Below, in pieces: positions 38,561 through 48,103 of a DNA stretch of 64,000 nucleotides; the first letter of the stretch is position 1; every line of letters begins with the position of its first letter. The position numbers and the translations under genes are program-made. Source of the stretch: Ktedonobacterales bacterium (GTDB taxonomy: Bacteria > Chloroflexota > Ktedonobacteria > Ktedonobacterales > DATBGS01). Location: the NCBI GenBank assembly GCA_036557885.1, contig DATBGS010000084.1, positions 2,314-66,313 on the forward strand. Direction: 5' to 3'. The notes beneath the pieces are model-generated. The model was not told the DNA's origin. It searched no databases and was given only the letters and a program-made list of their open reading frames with translations.

Positions 38561-39694
38561 ATGAGCTACTGGCAGAACGAAGCTGGGCAAGCGGAACGCC
38601 CAACGCAACTGAAGGAACAGACCACCGTCATTCTCGTCGAAACCCGTCCCCATATTGCCACGCTGATCAAAGAGGCATTAGAGCAGGCGCAATTTCGAGT
38701 CATCATTGGCGCCACCATTGACGATGTCGCCCTCTTGCTTGCCCGCCAACAGGGGTTGATGCTCTTGCTGGTCAACGTGGGGATTCAGGCCAATCAGGAC
38801 TTTGGCCGCCCAGACCGCTTTGGCCCTTCTGGACCACTGGGCGCGCTCCAACGCCTGGCAACCGATCAACCATTATGGAAAGAGATTGGCAATCATCCCG
38901 CGCTTCAACGTGTCCCCATGCTCTGCTTCAGCAATGATGGCGCCAGCGGTCCTTCTGGAACCCTGATCGTCAAATCGCCCCAGGATTTTCGGCTCCTGGC
39001 TCAGGCCGTCCAGAACTACCTGCACCTGCTGACCTCCATTCCCTTCCTGCCCCAGTTGTTGCGCGAGGAATATCTCCCCTCGCTCAAAGGCGCCCTGGAA
39101 GACTTTCCGCTCTCCGACCTGTTTCAGCTTTTTAAACTGGCCGGACACTCTGGCATCCTGCTCTTGCGTGATGGCGGGCGCGTGGCTGTCCTGGGGGTAG
39201 CGGAAGGCGAAATCGTCCACGCTTTTGCCGATCATGCCCAGGGTCAGGAAGCCATCTACAATATTTTCGAATGGAAACAGGCGCGCTTTGCCTTCTATCA
39301 AGACCTGGCACTTCCGACGCGCACCGTCACCACAAGCACAGAACACCTGGTGCTGGAGGCTTCGCGCCGGGGCGATGAGTCCTCTGACCTGCGCAACAAA
39401 ATCCCCTCCCCGCGCACCTTAATTTACCGCGCTCCCAGTCTGACCGATCAATTACCGAATATGCGCCTTTCTATGGCTGAACTGCGCATCCTCTCCGTTG
39501 TGGGCAGGCGCAACACCGTTGGCGACATCATGAAACTCGCTGGCATGAGCGAATTGAGCACGATGAAAATTCTCGATACCTTGATCAGCCGGGGGATGCT
39601 TACCATCGGTGAGGAAGCTGTCAGCAAAAATACGGGGATACTTCGCGAGGCAGGTCAGCCTACCACGCCCTCGCAATCCTCGTCATTTCGTTAA
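38561..39694 (+). CDS. PATAN/DUF4388-domain protein with N-terminal receiver-like domain
   Basis: LEDFPLSDLFQLFKLAGHSGILLLRDGGRVAVLGVAEGEIVHA...GQEAIYNIFEWKQARFAF is DUF4388-like. The N-terminal CheY-like part reads ILVETR and LLLVNVG where DD and the phospho-Asp are expected. Confidence 0.65.
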   Translation: MSYWQNEAGQAERPTQLKEQTTVILVETRPHIATLIKEALEQAQFRVIIGATIDDVALLLARQQGLMLLLVNVGIQANQDFGRPDRFGPSGPLGALQRLATDQPLWKEIGNHPALQRVPMLCFSNDGASGPSGTLIVKSPQDFRLLAQAVQNYLHLLTSIPFLPQLLREEYLPSLKGALEDFPLSDLFQLFKLAGHSGILLLRDGGRVAVLGVAEGEIVHAFADHAQGQEAIYNIFEWKQARFAFYQDLALPTRTVTTSTEHLVLEASRRGDESSDLRNKIPSPRTLIYRAPSLTDQLPNMRLSMAELRILSVVGRRNTVGDIMKLAGMSELSTMKILDTLISRGMLTIGEEAVSKNTGILREAGQPTTPSQSSSFR

Positions 39695-39857
39695 AATCTG
39701 GCAGCCCAGAACCACAACGGCCCAGGCGTGTTACCTCGCTCACCGCTGCACAGTTACTACCTGTGATGGCAGTCTGCGCGAAAAGTGCTATGATAGGAGC
39801 AGCAAGAAACGCTATACGTGTGATAGATTGCTTTCGACTATTCTGGCCCAGGAGTGA

Positions 39858-41066
39858 ATGTCTGTGCTGACATTGCTTGCGCTTCCTCCAGCAGTATTGC
39901 TGGTTTGCGGGTTTACACTGGCGCTGGGCTTGTCTTTTCTGTTTACAGGCGTGATTGGGCGGCTGGCCCGGCGCCTGGGCTGGCTTGACCAGCCCAGCGA
40001 AAGGCGCGTCCATCAGGTGCCTGTTCCCAGGCTCGGCGGCGTCGCTATTTTCCTGGCATTCCTCATCACTGCCCTGCTGGTGTATTGGCCTGGGGGAGCG
40101 CATGAAGCGTATGTCTACGGGGGATTTTTGCCGGCAGGGATATTTATTACCGCTGTGATGGCCTACGATGATGTGCGCGGGCTGCCCCCTGGCACGAAAC
40201 TGGCGCTGCAATCTGCCGCTGTCCTGATCTTGTTAATCCCCGGCCTGCTTTCTGGCAGCACCATCGAACACGGGATGGTCATCTCCTACATTCACAACCC
40301 GCTGCATCTCACCAGTTCCAAAAGCGCCGATATTCTCATGATTCCTTTGGGGCTGGCGCTCCCGTTCACCTGGTTCTGGATTGTGGGGATGATGAACACG
40401 GTCAACTTTACCGATGGATTGGATGGTCTGGCAGGGGGGATTGTCGGGATTGCCGCTGTGGTGCTCACTATCATCAGCTTCCTGCTGCATCAGGGCACAG
40501 TGGGCATCCTCTGCGCCATTTTTGCTGGAAGCGTCCTCGGCTTCTTGCCGCATAACTGGAACCCGGCGAAGATCTTTATGGGCGACAGCGGAGCGATGTT
40601 TCTGGGGCTGGCGCTCGCGGTCCTTTCCAATATTGGTGGCGCCAAGCTCGCTACCATCTTACTTTTATTGGGAATTCCCATCCTGGATGTGGCCCTCGTC
40701 ATCCTCCAACGCATTCGCGGTGGACGCGCCGCTTTCCATTACGACAAACGTCATCTGCATCATAAACTGCTGGAAAGCGGTTTCTCCCAGAAGCAAATCG
40801 TTTTGATCTTCTACAGCCTCTCGTGTTTCTTTGGACTCCTCGCCATCCTTGCTCTAACGTTACCTGATGCCTTTCCGCTGGTATTCAGCCTGAGCATTGC
40901 CGGGGCGAGCCTGGCGCATGTGATCGGGCTGGCGCTGGTGGGGCTGGCGATGCTCTTGATTCTGAGCTTCCTGATTCGGCGGCCCAAACAGCCTAAGCAG
41001 CCAGAGATGCTCAAACAACCTACATCACCGGGCGGGGGCAGTAGAAATCCCTCCATTGGTGACTGA
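39858..41066 (+). CDS. glycosyltransferase family 4 (MraY/WecA-like polyprenyl-phosphate sugar-1-phosphate transferase)
   Basis: DDVRGLPPGTKL, NFTDGLDGLAGG and MGDSGAMFLG motifs, with many TM segments. Confidence 0.85.
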   Translation: MSVLTLLALPPAVLLVCGFTLALGLSFLFTGVIGRLARRLGWLDQPSERRVHQVPVPRLGGVAIFLAFLITALLVYWPGGAHEAYVYGGFLPAGIFITAVMAYDDVRGLPPGTKLALQSAAVLILLIPGLLSGSTIEHGMVISYIHNPLHLTSSKSADILMIPLGLALPFTWFWIVGMMNTVNFTDGLDGLAGGIVGIAAVVLTIISFLLHQGTVGILCAIFAGSVLGFLPHNWNPAKIFMGDSGAMFLGLALAVLSNIGGAKLATILLLLGIPILDVALVILQRIRGGRAAFHYDKRHLHHKLLESGFSQKQIVLIFYSLSCFFGLLAILALTLPDAFPLVFSLSIAGASLAHVIGLALVGLAMLLILSFLIRRPKQPKQPEMLKQPTSPGGGSRNPSIGD

Positions 41067-41092
41067 GATGCCGAACAGGAACAGCACCGTAC

Positions 41093-42061
41093 ATGATGTG
41101 TTCCCAATGCAACAAGCAGCTTGACACCATTGACATCCAGCTTGGCATCTGTCAACGCTGTGGCACGCCCATAACTGGAGCACAAGCAGGGACCACTTTT
41201 ACTGACCAGGCGCTGCCAGTTGCGTCTGCCGGGCCATCTCACCTGCCTTCATTTGATACGAACGACCCCTTTGGGAACCTGCCCACGATGGGCGGGGCTG
41301 TACCGGAAGCCTTGCCCGCGCCAGGCGGCAATATTGCCCCTCGCCCCCTCAGCGCCCCGCCCGAAACACCAGTTATGGCAGCGCCATTTCAACTCCCGCC
41401 GCCCTCACCGCTCCCAAGCGCCCCTCCACCGTCTCCCAGACGGGGCAGAAAAAGCCGAAAGAAAACAAGCTCTTTGCTGATTGTTGGGCTAACGCTGCTC
41501 CTCCTGGTGGTGCTTGTTGGGGCTGCCATTTGGCTGATCCAGGGGCTGCATCCCGGTTTACTGAATGGCTCGCCAACGCCTACACTGCGCCCAACGGGTA
41601 CTGGAGCCAGCACCTCAGTGCCGCTACAAAACTACCGCGATCCTGCCGGGCGTTTCTCCATCAGCTATCCTGCCGGTTGGCAGCCTGAACACATCGAGAC
41701 GCACGCGGGAAGCCTGCCCCTGGCCTTAAACGGCGTGCAGTTCACCAGGGGGGATGCCGCTTTCACGGTAGTGGCTGGCCCCGCGCCGCCTCTCTCACCA
41801 GATGGCCTGGCGCAGACAATTGACGACGCGCTCTTGCGCAGCATGGATGCTCGCAATATCAGCAAGCCTACCAATGTCAGAATTGGTGGGCAGACCTGGA
41901 CAGAGGAGCGCGCCGACACCGACAAGGGGCTGATGGTCATTGACTCCATCCAGTTCAACGGGCAATTGTATTCGCTCTGGTACAACGCCCCGCCAAACGA
42001 GTTTCCCAGCGACGAATCCAGCGTGTTTCTGCCCATGCGCGCTACGTTTAAGTTTGGGTGA
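41093..42061 (+). CDS. zinc-ribbon / Pro-rich / single-TM protein (paralogue of 33370-34704)
   Basis: CSQCN...CQRCG, a Pro-rich linker, a TM segment (LLIVGLTLLLLVVLVGAAIWL), and a C-domain starting FSISYPAGWQ. Confidence 0.65.
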   Translation: MMCSQCNKQLDTIDIQLGICQRCGTPITGAQAGTTFTDQALPVASAGPSHLPSFDTNDPFGNLPTMGGAVPEALPAPGGNIAPRPLSAPPETPVMAAPFQLPPPSPLPSAPPPSPRRGRKSRKKTSSLLIVGLTLLLLVVLVGAAIWLIQGLHPGLLNGSPTPTLRPTGTGASTSVPLQNYRDPAGRFSISYPAGWQPEHIETHAGSLPLALNGVQFTRGDAAFTVVAGPAPPLSPDGLAQTIDDALLRSMDARNISKPTNVRIGGQTWTEERADTDKGLMVIDSIQFNGQLYSLWYNAPPNEFPSDESSVFLPMRATFKFG

Positions 42062-42141
42062 TGCATGCTTTGTATGCATACCCACCTCAAGAACCTTTCA
42101 GTTTAGGCAGGCCACTTCTCGATGCATCTGTTTGCGATGAG

Positions 42142-43119
42142 CTATATGTAGAGAAGCCGCCAACGGTCTTGATATAATTTGCCCTGCTTTCTCAAATCAC
42201 GCATCAGCAACTTTGTATACCTGGAAATCTCAGCTTTATCGCCAAAATATCGTTCCACAGCGGGTTTCCATCCTGTTGCCATGCTCCTTCCTGACTTAGC
42301 AAATTGTCTATCTATTCTTAGAAGATTCAGGGCAGCAGGACCAGAACATCTAAATACACTGACATAAATTTTCCCTTCTGGGTCTTCCTTGGTAAAGACT
42401 GTCCAGCCTATTCGAGTAGCTGCGATAAGTTCCTGGCCCTTGAGAAAGGTGTGAATGCCTTCTGCTGGGATAGCCCCAAAAGCGTTGCTGGCTAATTCTG
42501 GCTGGGTGTCTGAGGTTCTTTTGTTCCGCTCATCTTTCAACCCTGCCTTTTCATAGAACAGGAAAAGTTGCCGCTCGCGGGCGGCAGTCAGGCGTTGATT
42601 ATTGCTAAATTGGTCTAGCACCGCAGGTTGCCACCCGTTTTGCGGCGTCATTTGATGCCCATACAGATGGGCCAGGTAACGTTTACGCACATTTTCTTCA
42701 GGGCTATCACTACCGCTTGTTCGACCCGTGTAAATACTGATTGCTCCAGTTTGAGGGTGGACACAAACCATAGTATATGTCTGCCATTTCCCATAGGGAA
42801 TCCAGAGCGGTCCATAAGCATTCCAGCTTTGCAACCACACGCCATCAGAAGAACGATGAAATGACCGATTTTGCCAGGGGCTGGTTGGGCGAAGAATCCA
42901 GGCACTGCGATCAACATCCCACACGGCCTGCCCATCAGTCGAAAGGCGCGGTTGCCCAGGCTGCCAGGGGCTTCTCTGTTTATCAACTTTCCAGCTTGCT
43001 TTTTGGACAAAGAATGGGTTGCCAACCCACTCAGCTTCAGCATCTTCCCTGGAGGGGCCAAACCCCCAATCAACCCATTCTTCCAATCCAACACGATCAG
43101 GCGCGGGGTGCTCGCTCAT
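42142..43119 (-). CDS. orphan protein: Trp-rich N-domain plus two tandem GIY-YIG-like modules (tentative)
   Basis: 325-codon ORF in a visibly AT-richer stretch. Module A is YTMVCV..ISIYTGRTSG..RKRYLAH..GWQPAV..ARERQLF. Module B is WTVFT..KIYVSVFRCSG..GWKPAV. No confident family assignment. Confidence 0.55.
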   Translation of the reverse strand: MSEHPAPDRVGLEEWVDWGFGPSREDAEAEWVGNPFFVQKASWKVDKQRSPWQPGQPRLSTDGQAVWDVDRSAWILRPTSPWQNRSFHRSSDGVWLQSWNAYGPLWIPYGKWQTYTMVCVHPQTGAISIYTGRTSGSDSPEENVRKRYLAHLYGHQMTPQNGWQPAVLDQFSNNQRLTAARERQLFLFYEKAGLKDERNKRTSDTQPELASNAFGAIPAEGIHTFLKGQELIAATRIGWTVFTKEDPEGKIYVSVFRCSGPAALNLLRIDRQFAKSGRSMATGWKPAVERYFGDKAEISRYTKLLMRDLRKQGKLYQDRWRLLYI

Positions 43120-43183
43120 ACTGTTCCTCCAGCTCTCAGAAGCCTCTTATCCAGTACCATTTTGGAATTCCACTCTTTCCCTC

Positions 43184-43212
43184 TTGACACAGCAGGGGCT
43201 TTCATGTATTAT
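43184..43212 (+). promoter_or_regulatory. near-consensus promoter of the ArsR-family gene
   Basis: TTGACA (43184-43189), 17-nt spacer, TATTAT (43207-43212). Confidence 0.55.
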
Positions 43213-43259
43213 TTTATCAGGTAAAAATTTTTTTTGCACGATTGAAAAAGATAACAAAG

Positions 43260-44171
43260 ATGGATGACATTCCCGAAGTTTATTACCTCGAAACAATAGA
43301 GCAGATGCGCGCTATCTCTGATGAGCTACGCCAACGCATCATCGAGATATTAGGGCGCCAGCCGATGACGGTAAAACAGTTGGGGCTTTATCTCGGCCAG
43401 GCTCCCGCCAAGATGCATTATCATGTCCACGAATTAGAGCGGGTGGGCTTACTCAAGCAGGTAGAAACCCGCGAGAAGAGGGGTATCCTCGAAAAATATT
43501 TTCGCGCTGTAGCCAAAAACCTCTCTGTTTCCGAAGGGCTGCTTCAGCGGACCTCGCCCGACGAAACGATTGCATCAGTGAGCGCCATGCTGCAAAACGC
43601 CTCGCGGAGCTTTATCACTGCTCTGGCAATCATGCTCCGCAAGCAAAGCTTTGAACGAGAGGATTTTCCTGCCCTGAACGGAGCGCAGGTCTGGGTAACA
43701 GATGAGGAATATCTCCAATTGCTGAAGCAGATAAATGCGCTTGTGGAGCCATTTCGCGCCCCGCGTGGCCGAGAGGGGGAGCGCGAGCGTACCTTTGTCA
43801 GTATGGCCTATCTGCCCGTGCCTGGTTCTCAAGATGAAGCCAGCCCTGCTGCTTCTGCCTTTGCTGCCGCACAAGAACGCGCAGCCCCGCGCGCTTCCGC
43901 TTCTTCAACGCCTGCGTCGAAGCCACACGAGCGAATTATCGGCATTGGTCTGACTATTTACTCGCGCAAAGACCTGGAACGGAGCGCAAAGAAGGGCAAG
44001 AAGATTGATATTGATTTTGTGGGGTATTGCCGTTTTGCCAGCGATGTCACGCCTGAACTAATTGAGCAGGCCATCGGGCGTTTCCGGTTTCTCGGCAAGT
44101 TGGATGCTTCCACAGAAGTGCGCGCCGCTCTCAAGCGCAAGGAGGTGCAGATCACCATAGAGAACCCGTGA
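43260..44171 (+). CDS. ArsR-family winged-helix regulator with extended C-terminal domain
   Basis: ELRQRIIEILGRQPMTVKQLGLYLGQAPAKMHYHVHELERVGLL. ATG 43260 was chosen over TTG 43242. Confidence 0.75.
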   Translation: MDDIPEVYYLETIEQMRAISDELRQRIIEILGRQPMTVKQLGLYLGQAPAKMHYHVHELERVGLLKQVETREKRGILEKYFRAVAKNLSVSEGLLQRTSPDETIASVSAMLQNASRSFITALAIMLRKQSFEREDFPALNGAQVWVTDEEYLQLLKQINALVEPFRAPRGREGERERTFVSMAYLPVPGSQDEASPAASAFAAAQERAAPRASASSTPASKPHERIIGIGLTIYSRKDLERSAKKGKKIDIDFVGYCRFASDVTPELIEQAIGRFRFLGKLDASTEVRAALKRKEVQITIENP

Positions 44172-44287
44172 TGCCTGACCAGACAAAAAGAGCAACGGCT
44201 GGACACGGAAAAGCGTCCAGCACGTTTCACTCACATTCCGCCCAACCAACTTCATGTCACTGAACCGAACGGAAGGAGTACCTTGTC

Positions 44288-45724
44288 ATGAATAGTAACA
44301 CATCCACCGCTCACACAGCCAGTAAGCAGCCTGGCCTGCTCAGAAACCGCAATTTTGCCCTGCTCTGGATTGGCCGGACCATCTCGGTCCTGGGCGATTA
44401 CGCTTTTGATACCACCCTCATCCTCTGGATTGGCGTCATTATTGCCAAAGGCCAGTCCTGGGCGCCGCTGGCCGTTAGCGGCGTGCTGATCGCCACCTCT
44501 ATCCCCATCTTTCTGATTGGCCCGATTGCAGGCGTGTTTGTGGACCGCTGGGAGAAGCGCCCGACGATGCTCTGGATGGACGCGCTGCGCGCCATCCTGA
44601 TCACCCTGCTGCTGTTTGCCGCCAATCTTTTTCCGCTGCCCTTCTTCCCTGATGGGAAAATGCCTGCCTCCTGGCAGCTAGGCATGATCTACGCGATTGT
44701 CTTTCTCGCCAGCACCTGCGCCCAATTTTTCAATCCCTCGCGCATGGCCCTCATCGGTGATCTGGTGCCAGAACCACAGCGCGCCCAGGCCAGCGGATTG
44801 ACGCAAATTTCGATGAGCATTGCCGGCATTATTGGCCCGCCGCTGGCCGCTCCGGTGCTCTTTGCCTTTGGCGTAGAGTGGGCGCTGATCGTCAACGCGC
44901 TCTCATTCGTGGCCTCATTTGTGGCTATTCTGGCGATTCAGGCGCCCAAAGCAGCCCGCAGCATTCAGCCAGGGGAGCAAAGCAGCTTCTTTCGAGAGTT
45001 TGCCGATGGCATCCGCTTCTTCGTCGGCAATCGCGTGCTGGTGACTCTCCTCATCACCATCATGATCGTGATGCTTGGGGCCGGGGCAATCAACGCGCTG
45101 GGCGTCTTCTTTATGACGGAAAACCTGCATACTTCGGCCAGCTTCTTTGGGCTGGTAGATGCTGTAATGGGCATTGGCATCATTGCCGGGGCCATCTTAG
45201 CCAGCGCCTTTGCGCAGCGGCTTGGCGTTGCCCGAACGTTCTGGTTTTGCACAGTGGGCGCGGGCATTGTCTTTCTGGTCTTTGCGCGCATGAGCTTGCT
45301 ACTTCCGGCTCTGGTACTGATGCTCTTGCTGGGAGTGATGCAGGCCGGGCTGAATGTGGCGGTCAACCCCTTGATTCTGCATGTTACGCCGCGCGAACTT
45401 GTCGGACGTATCTCGTCGGTACTGGACCCGGCCACTAGCCTGGTTTCGATTGTTTCTATTGCGATTGCCGGGTCGCTGGCAAGCACGGTGCTCAATAATC
45501 TCCACGCGACGGTGCTGGGTATGACCTTTGGGCCTATTGATACGATCTTTGCCTTTTCCGGGCTGCTGATTTTGCTGGGCGGCCTCTATGCAATGGTCAA
45601 TCTGCGCGATGTACGGCTGGCAAAGGAAGAGGAAAACATTTCGGCGGAAGCAGCGGAAGCAGAGGCGGCATCTGTGCCAGCCAGCATGCAAGAAAGCGCG
45701 AGCGCGGCTGTGGCAGCCGAATAA
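44288..45724 (+). CDS. MFS transporter
   Basis: 478 aa, 12-TM-like, with VDRWEKRP after TM2. RBS GGAAGGAG. Confidence 0.85.
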   Translation: MNSNTSTAHTASKQPGLLRNRNFALLWIGRTISVLGDYAFDTTLILWIGVIIAKGQSWAPLAVSGVLIATSIPIFLIGPIAGVFVDRWEKRPTMLWMDALRAILITLLLFAANLFPLPFFPDGKMPASWQLGMIYAIVFLASTCAQFFNPSRMALIGDLVPEPQRAQASGLTQISMSIAGIIGPPLAAPVLFAFGVEWALIVNALSFVASFVAILAIQAPKAARSIQPGEQSSFFREFADGIRFFVGNRVLVTLLITIMIVMLGAGAINALGVFFMTENLHTSASFFGLVDAVMGIGIIAGAILASAFAQRLGVARTFWFCTVGAGIVFLVFARMSLLLPALVLMLLLGVMQAGLNVAVNPLILHVTPRELVGRISSVLDPATSLVSIVSIAIAGSLASTVLNNLHATVLGMTFGPIDTIFAFSGLLILLGGLYAMVNLRDVRLAKEEENISAEAAEAEAASVPASMQESASAAVAAE

Positions 45725-45746
45725 TTCCATCGGTGAGCATGCAGCA

Positions 45747-46388
45747 TTAGAGTGCTGGCCGCGCCAGCACCAGCCCCCAAACTTCACGAGCGCCTGCCGC
45801 CAGCAACTTCTCGGCGCAGGCGCTCAGTGTTGAGCCAGTCGTGCAGACATCATCAATCAAGAGCACCCGCCGACCCACCAGCATTGGGTGGTCCTTTGGG
45901 CAAGTAAAAGCGCCTGAAACATTGGCCTGGCGCTGCGCTCTGGTCATTCTGGCCTGCTGCGGCGTGTCGCGCGAGCGGCGCAGCGCATCCTCCACGAGTT
46001 GCAGACCTTCCAGGCGACAGAAGACCCGCGCCAGCAGCGCCGACTGGTTATAGCCGCGTTCGGCCTGGCGCTGTGGGTGCAGTGGCACCGGCAGCACAGC
46101 ATCGGGCAGGCTCTGCACTTGCGCCTGGCGACGAAAGGTTTCCGCCAGCACTCGCCCCAGCGGCTCCGCCAGGCGCCGCTTCCCCTGATACTTCAATTGC
46201 TGAATCGCCAGCCGCAGCGGGTCTTCATAGTCGCCCGCCATCCACAGGCCCGCCAACGACTCCGGCACGCGCAGCGCTGGCGCGGCTGGCACAATGGCCG
46301 CGATGCACTGCGGGCAGAGCCAGTGGCCGCCGCGCCCGCAGTGCACGCAGGACGGAGGAAAGAGCAGATCGAGCAGCCCCACCATCAC
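45747..46388 (-). CDS. comF: ComF-family phosphoribosyltransferase-fold protein
   Basis: N-terminal CVHCG...CPQC zinc finger and C-terminal PRTase loop VLLIDDVCTTGSTL. Confidence 0.8.
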   Translation of the reverse strand: MMVGLLDLLFPPSCVHCGRGGHWLCPQCIAAIVPAAPALRVPESLAGLWMAGDYEDPLRLAIQQLKYQGKRRLAEPLGRVLAETFRRQAQVQSLPDAVLPVPLHPQRQAERGYNQSALLARVFCRLEGLQLVEDALRRSRDTPQQARMTRAQRQANVSGAFTCPKDHPMLVGRRVLLIDDVCTTGSTLSACAEKLLAAGAREVWGLVLARPAL

Positions 46389-46430
46389 GCCGCCTCCCCA
46401 TCAAGCCATCTCAAGAGAAGAGTGGTGGCA

Positions 46431-47147
46431 TCAGCTTGCAATCAGTCTTGCGCGCTGAAAGCGCACCACCGCATAGCCAAGCACCACCACATCAATCAGC
46501 GCGAACAGAAGCGTGGCAAACAACAAGAGCTGCGCAACGGTATAGGTCACGAAAAAGTCCCCAGGCAGCAGCTTGCTCAGCGCAAACCCGACGCCAAATG
46601 TCACCACCAGCGTGCCAATGCCCAAGACCTGCTGCGCCTGGCGCACCGTTGACGAGCGCAGCGATACCAGCACGCCCCCGCCCGCGCCCAACAGCGTAAC
46701 GGCCAGCCCTAGCACGATCACCCCCAGCAGCAGGTCAGAGGGATAAAATTGCCAGGCGCCCTCGGAGTTGGTCAGGTTGACCAGCACCAGCCCCAGCAGC
46801 AGGCTCGCCAGCAGCAGCCCCATACCATACCCCACCACAATCAGCACCTTGCCCAGCAAGATCGCTCGATCCGGCATGCGGCTTGCCAGCAGCGTCTCCA
46901 GCGTGTGCCGCTCGCGCTCCCCAGCAATGGCATCACCAATCAGGTTGATAATCAAGTAAAATGGTATCCAGAGCAACACAAAGAGCGAGAGGGGCGTCAG
47001 GCTCAGCCAGAGGCGCCCGCTCTGCAAGGGCACATACACCCCGGCAATGCCCAGCATCAGCAGCGGGCGAATCCAGGCTCTCCAGCCGCCGCCCTGAAAG
47101 AGCACATCCTTCCATTCTTTCCAGATCATCGTCCAGAGATCGCTCAT
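46431..47147 (-). CDS. ABC-2-type transporter permease
   Basis: Six hydrophobic segments. A 4-nt overlap couples it to the upstream ATPase gene. Confidence 0.72.
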   Translation of the reverse strand: MSDLWTMIWKEWKDVLFQGGGWRAWIRPLLMLGIAGVYVPLQSGRLWLSLTPLSLFVLLWIPFYLIINLIGDAIAGERERHTLETLLASRMPDRAILLGKVLIVVGYGMGLLLASLLLGLVLVNLTNSEGAWQFYPSDLLLGVIVLGLAVTLLGAGGGVLVSLRSSTVRQAQQVLGIGTLVVTFGVGFALSKLLPGDFFVTYTVAQLLLFATLLFALIDVVVLGYAVVRFQRARLIAS

Positions 47148-48085
47148 CGTGGCTGCTCCTCCTCCATTAGTGTCAGGAACACGTCTTCCAGGCTGGCCGC
47201 GCCCTTGCGCACTTCTTCCACTTCGCCGCCTGACTGCACAATCAGGCTCACCAGCGGCGCCATCTCGCTTCCGTCGCGCAACTGAATCTCCAGATGGCTG
47301 CCATTGGGCGCTTCAACAGCGGCCACTTCTGGCCGCGCTCGAAGCCGCGCCAGCAGTTCCTCGGTGAATCCCGCGCCAATGATCTCCGCTTGAGGCCCGC
47401 CGCGCTTCAGGCGCAGTTCATCCGGGTTGCCCACCGCCAGCAGCCGCCCCTTGCGAATGACGCCCACCTGCGCGCACAGCTTCTCAGCCTCGGCCAGGTT
47501 ATGCGTGTTCAGAAAGACGGTGGCGCCCTCGCGCTTCACCAAACCAGCCAGATCATCGCGCAGGGCCGCCGCCGCTACCGGGTCAAACCCGGCGGTTGGC
47601 TCATCCAGAAAGATCAGCGGCGGGCGGTGAAACAGCGCGCGTGCCACCGCCAGCTTTTGCTTCATGCCCCGGCTCCACTTCCCCACCTGATCTTTGCGCC
47701 GGTCCCACAGATCAAGATGCACCAGTAGTTCTTTGATGCGCGCCTTGCGATCAGCGGCAGGCATATGATAGATGCGCCCGTACAGATCAAGGTTATCTTC
47801 GGCGGTCATACGCTCGTACAGGCCCGCGAACTCCAGCAGCGCGCCTGCGCGGGCGCGAATCTGCTCGGCCTGGCTGCGCGAATCGTAGCCAAGCACAGTG
47901 GCCCGCCCGCTGGTTGGCTCCAGCAGCCCCAGCAAAAGGTGAATCGTTGTGGTTTTGCCCGCGCCATTCGCCCCCAGAAACCCAAAGACAATCCCGGCTG
48001 GCACCTCCAGATTGAGATTGTCCACCGCCTGGATTGGGCCAAACGAACGCGAAAGGCCCTCCGTGCGAATTGCAAAATCTCCCAT
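47144..48085 (-). CDS. ABC transporter ATP-binding protein
   Basis: Walker A GANGAGKTT, signature WSRGMKQKL, Walker B LIFLDEPTAGFD. Confidence 0.9.
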   Translation of the reverse strand: MGDFAIRTEGLSRSFGPIQAVDNLNLEVPAGIVFGFLGANGAGKTTTIHLLLGLLEPTSGRATVLGYDSRSQAEQIRARAGALLEFAGLYERMTAEDNLDLYGRIYHMPAADRKARIKELLVHLDLWDRRKDQVGKWSRGMKQKLAVARALFHRPPLIFLDEPTAGFDPVAAAALRDDLAGLVKREGATVFLNTHNLAEAEKLCAQVGVIRKGRLLAVGNPDELRLKRGGPQAEIIGAGFTEELLARLRARPEVAAVEAPNGSHLEIQLRDGSEMAPLVSLIVQSGGEVEEVRKGAASLEDVFLTLMEEEQPR

Positions 48086-48103
48086 GCAGACCCCTTCCTT
48101 GTT

